Notes under the pieces: model-generated
The model's database searches: none
What the model was told of the DNA's origin: nothing
Seen by the model: the letters and a program-made list of their open reading frames with translations, nothing else
Program-made: the position numbers and the translations under genes
Assembly: GCA_964458305.1 (NCBI GenBank)
Contig: CAYWIH010000008.1
Span: 1 to 63,128, forward strand
Origin: an uncultured bacterium
Lineage (GTDB): Bacteria > Cyanobacteriota > Cyanobacteriia > Cyanobacteriales > JASJDA01
DNA length: 63,128 nt
Direction of reading: 5' to 3'
Shown here: positions 59,461 to 63,128 of the stretch, piece after piece
Numbering within the stretch: the stretch's first letter is position 1
Layout of the letters: each line of letters starts with the position of its first letter

Positions 59461-60804
59461 GGTTTTAATTGTCAAAATTTGTGGTGGAGTTGAGTCTGGA
59501 GGATAAAGAAAATCAACATAAACCAATTTTCTCGATCGCCCGGGAATATTTAAAGTTAAGATTGGTTTTCCCATTTCCCCTCGATGTTGAACTAAATGAA
59601 CGTAGCGAGTGCGAGGTAAGTTGAGATCGTCGTTATATTTTACCCTGACCGTACCGCGAAAAAAAACTTGTGCGGCCCGAGGAAATAAAAAAAGCAAATT
59701 ATCATCATTAAGACGATCTTGTTTGATTGGGGTGTCGATGCTGAGGTTGACCGTTTTAGTTTCTGCTTTGGGATTGTATAAAGGCAAACTTAGACTGTAT
59801 TGTACCCCATAATTACCGTGAGCTTGATAGGCAGTATCTTCATAGCGTGCCGCCATTTTAGCAGTTTGGATCTGATTAGTTCCCAATCTTCCCCCGTATA
59901 AAGTACTCAAACCATAAGAAAAAGCCGCACCCGGATCGGGAATAGTTAAATTTTCGCTGCTATCTTTATCTACTAAATTAGCTCGCCATTGAGAACCGAT
60001 CGAAATTCCAGCAACTCGACCATAAATGATATTACCAGAATTGCCTAAAGGAGTCGGAGCGCGATCGCGTGGTTGGGCTAAATTTCCTGTATTTAATAAT
60101 TCAAGCCATTCTTCTACAGTCGGTTTTCTTTCTTCTCCTTCCCTATCTAGCGGTGCAAACTTGGCCAAACTAGCAGCATAAACCCTTCCATCGCTCTGCA
60201 AACGTAAGTAAGTCGATCGCCCGTTTATGGGGGGTTGCAAGTCTTTTACTGGAATGGGTAAATTTAAGATCGCTCGAGTTTCTCGGGGCCCGATCGCAAT
60301 GCGATCGCTAAAAATATCTTGTCGCTTTCCTCTTAAAATATCGTCTGTTACCCTGCTACCCGGGCCTGCATATACTTTTCCTAAAGGATTGTTTTCTAGC
60401 GGGCCGAGCTTGATAAAAGGGGCATCTGGCTGAGATAAATAACTCGCTCCAGCTAAAATATTAACTGTGACGGTTTTTTCGGTCGGATTGTGTAAAATTA
60501 TTCCTAAATAAAGGGATCTGAGATCTTCTGGTGTGGCTGCTTTAGCGACGTGATGGGCAAATATATCGAAGCGTCCTTCTAAAGGATAGTTTAAATGGGC
60601 TTCTGGATTTGTTTTTCCCGAACTAGGAAAGGTGGATAGTAAAATTCCTGGCTCTAAAATTAATTCGGGACTGTTACTATTAAATACTGGTACTCGATCT
60701 ATTTGTCCGGGTAAAGGACGAACTTGTTGAGATTTTACTATTTCTCTGGGCGGCATCGACTTGGTTTGAGCGAAAATTAGACAAGCTAGCAACTCTAACA
60801 ACAT
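59449..60804 (-). CDS. DUF3370 family protein
   Basis: VRPLPGQ, VFNSNSPE, GILLSTFP, YGRVAG, AHGNYGV and DFLYPPDSTPPQ. Confidence 0.88.
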   Translation of the reverse strand: MLLELLACLIFAQTKSMPPREIVKSQQVRPLPGQIDRVPVFNSNSPELILEPGILLSTFPSSGKTNPEAHLNYPLEGRFDIFAHHVAKAATPEDLRSLYLGIILHNPTEKTVTVNILAGASYLSQPDAPFIKLGPLENNPLGKVYAGPGSRVTDDILRGKRQDIFSDRIAIGPRETRAILNLPIPVKDLQPPINGRSTYLRLQSDGRVYAASLAKFAPLDREGEERKPTVEEWLELLNTGNLAQPRDRAPTPLGNSGNIIYGRVAGISIGSQWRANLVDKDSSENLTIPDPGAAFSYGLSTLYGGRLGTNQIQTAKMAARYEDTAYQAHGNYGVQYSLSLPLYNPKAETKTVNLSIDTPIKQDRLNDDNLLFLFPRAAQVFFRGTVRVKYNDDLNLPRTRYVHLVQHRGEMGKPILTLNIPGRSRKLVYVDFLYPPDSTPPQILTIKTSKK

Positions 60805-61045
60805 GAGAGGATCTAAGAGATAATTAATTTACCATCCTACAATCCATTCAGAAGAGCGATCGATCTTTTATGTTCCCTAAAAATAGTTTTTTGTCAAAAT
60901 ACTTCATAGTACTAAAGTCCTCATATCTTTACACGAGCGTTTAAAGATAACAAAATAGATAGCAATTTTATTTGAAAAAATCAAAAAATGTAAAAAATCT
61001 TATTATTTTTTATCCCCTACCGAGAGGGATTTTATTTCATATTTT

Positions 61046-61071
61046 GTACCGACATACCATGGTACGTCTTA
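61046..61071. repeat. REP-like palindromic repeat, copy 4
   Basis: GTACCGACATACCATGGTACGTCTTA. Confidence 0.6.
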
Positions 61072-61226
61072 GCGATCGCCAACTTGAAGATAAAAATTAT
61101 TCAGCAATCGTTTCTGCTGTAAAATCTAAATTACTACTCTGCGATTGGGTTAAAGGTTTAATATAAACCAAAACGATCGAAAAATAGCTAAGATAAATAA
61201 CATTTTAAATTTTTGACTTTTTTATT

Positions 61227-62663
61227 ATGTTTGCTCCGGGAACACTTATCAACGATCGCTATACACTTCAAGATAAATTAGGCGATAATTTATTGCGTCA
61301 AACTTGGTTAGCAAAAGACAACCAATCCCAAAATTCAGTGATCCTCAAATTACTTGCTTTTGGCAGTCCGATGCAGTGGCAAGATCTGACATTATTTGAA
61401 AGAGAAGCAGCGATTTTAAAAAATATTTCCCATCCCCGGATTCCTAAGTATATAGAATATTTTACCATTGAAGAAAAATATAATTATTTTGTTTTAGTTC
61501 AGTCTTATATTCCCGGTCATTCTTTACAAAAAATGCTCGATCGCGGCAAAAGATTCAGCGAATTAGATTTAAAAACTTTAGCAACTCAAATATTAGAAAT
61601 ATTATCTTATTTACATCAATTAAATCCGCGAGTACTCCATCGCGATCTCAAACCGAGTAACATTATTTGGGGAGAAGATAACTATATTTATTTAATTGAT
61701 TTTGGCGCGGTACAAATTCAAGCAGCAACCCCAGGAAAAAGTTTTACAGTAGTCGGAACTTACGGTTACACTCCGATCGAACAGTTTGGCGGCAAAACAG
61801 TTCCAGCTTCAGATCTTTACGCCCTAGGCTGTACTTTAATCCATTTATTAACCGGAATTGCTCCAGCAGAATTACCCCAAAGATCGGGAAAAATTTATTT
61901 TAGAAATTTAACAAATCTCGATCGCAAATTTATTAAATGGATCGAATGGTTGAGCGATCCGATGGTGGATAAACGCCCCCTTTCAGCAGCAATTGCCCTC
62001 CACAATTTAAACAAAAAATCTCGAAATAATAAATCTTTAACTCGAAATATTGCTAAATCTATTTCTAATGCTTTATTTTTAAAACCAAATCAATTAGTTT
62101 TTGCCGCTAAATTTGGTTTGAATGCCAGCAAACCGCCCAGAAAAAGTAAAATATCTTGGGATTGCACCGGAGAAGTACTTAATATTAAAATTCCCGCGAT
62201 CGGAATGTTTGCTACTCAAGATTTATCGGAATTTATAGCTTTAGTAATTGTTATTTGTTGGTTCGGGCCGTTATTTTTAGTATTGTTAGCAAGTTTTACT
62301 CTGCCAGCATCTTTGCTGATGTTAACCTTAATTGTATATTTATTAATTTCCGATTTAGAAAGACGTTTAACTACGATAGATTTATATTTGGGAAGAAAAT
62401 ATTTAATCGTTGCTTATAAAATTCTCGGCATAAATTTAAACTTATTAAAATTACCAAAAAATAAAATAACTCAATTAAGCTTTCTGGTCGATCGGCAAGA
62501 AAAAAAAGGATTAATTTCCCTTAACTGCGGTCAAAAAAAGTATCTTTTAAATATATTGAAACGCTGTTCGGTTCAAGAGAAAGCTTGGATAACGCTCATC
62601 TTAAGCAATTGGAGCGATCTGCCCGTTACCGACAAATCTAGGCTAAAAAATATTTATCAGTAA
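61227..62663 (+). CDS. Hanks-type Ser/Thr protein kinase with C-terminal TM segments
   Basis: VILK, HRDLKPSN, DFG, GTYGYTPIEQF and SDLYALG are all intact. Confidence 0.92.
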   Translation: MFAPGTLINDRYTLQDKLGDNLLRQTWLAKDNQSQNSVILKLLAFGSPMQWQDLTLFEREAAILKNISHPRIPKYIEYFTIEEKYNYFVLVQSYIPGHSLQKMLDRGKRFSELDLKTLATQILEILSYLHQLNPRVLHRDLKPSNIIWGEDNYIYLIDFGAVQIQAATPGKSFTVVGTYGYTPIEQFGGKTVPASDLYALGCTLIHLLTGIAPAELPQRSGKIYFRNLTNLDRKFIKWIEWLSDPMVDKRPLSAAIALHNLNKKSRNNKSLTRNIAKSISNALFLKPNQLVFAAKFGLNASKPPRKSKISWDCTGEVLNIKIPAIGMFATQDLSEFIALVIVICWFGPLFLVLLASFTLPASLLMLTLIVYLLISDLERRLTTIDLYLGRKYLIVAYKILGINLNLLKLPKNKITQLSFLVDRQEKKGLISLNCGQKKYLLNILKRCSVQEKAWITLILSNWSDLPVTDKSRLKNIYQ

Positions 62664-62767
62664 TTTGACAGAGAATCTATAGAAAAAATAAAAATTCTTT
62701 GTTACAGTACATAAAAAAAAGTTAAATCTAATATTATAAAATCGAATCCATCTCGATTTTATAAATA

Positions 62768-63128
62768 ATGAGCGATATAATAGGCACTTTTATTGACAAT
62801 ACTCTATCAGGAACGAACTTAAACGATCGAATTATCGGACTGAGACGAGGTTTAGATATCAGAGATTATAGCCAATTCACTCGATCGATAACGATCCAAC
62901 CAGGTCGCATTAATAAAGGTAACGGAGAATTCGATTTTAGTAAGAGTTTTGAAACCTTAATCGGTGTGGTAGGTTTGGCTAATGCGATTGATACATCTAG
63001 CAGCACTAGCCTGACAGGCTCGATCGATCTCGATTTCAGTGCCGATCTTCTAACAATTGTTGACACTATTTTAGGCAATATCACCATAAATAGACAAAAC
63101 TTCGTTAACGTAACTGGTACTGTTGCCG
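62768..63128 (+). CDS. 5' part of a calcium-binding/RTX-like surface protein, truncated by the window edge
   Basis: Open frame from ATG 62768 to the end: MSDIIGTFIDNTLSGTNLNDRIIG...DYSQFTRSITI...NAIDTS...QNFVNVTGTVA; absent from the ORF track. Confidence 0.7.
   Translation, partial: MSDIIGTFIDNTLSGTNLNDRIIGLRRGLDIRDYSQFTRSITIQPGRINKGNGEFDFSKSFETLIGVVGLANAIDTSSSTSLTGSIDLDFSADLLTIVDTILGNITINRQNFVNVTGTVA

Noticed and set aside
62866-63087. 73-aa minus-strand ORF in the track
   Set aside because: It is the antisense shadow of the plus-strand gene starting at 62768.

Overview
AT-rich cyanobacterial chromosomal window; the HIP1 octamer GCGATCGC and its CGATCG core occur throughout. Most of it is housekeeping: the low-oxygen tetrapyrrole genes hemN-ho2 divergent from acsF, a phosphohexomutase, rdgB, glnB, pilMNOQ, purN, hemE, an SmtB-like regulator, a type II NADH dehydrogenase, thioredoxin, dprA, menG, a UvrD-like helicase and vipp1/pspA. 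Two accessory loci stand out. (1) At 40.5-45.4 kb, three co-oriented genes encode a DesD-type fatty acid desaturase, an 840-aa START/SRPBCC-C2-lipoxygenase fusion and a patatin phospholipase. Together they look like a self-contained make-release-oxygenate oxylipin or lipid-peroxidation system, and this is my top candidate for an undescribed system. (2) At 21.2-30.1 kb, a 1305-aa beta-helical surface protein is divergent from a TIGR03032/DUF4915-TPR-GT-B-GT2 fusion and a GT9 gene, suggesting a dedicated protein-glycosylation locus. An FG-GAP-type repeat sits in frame just past the surface protein's amber stop. Also seen: a pseudokinase lacking all three catalytic motifs, a dispersed GTAG-type palindromic repeat family, a 52-bp tandem triplication, an orphan Imm1-like gene, two unannotated pseudogene remnants and a gene running off the right edge that the ORF track misses. 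All calls come from reading motifs by eye; no searches were run.
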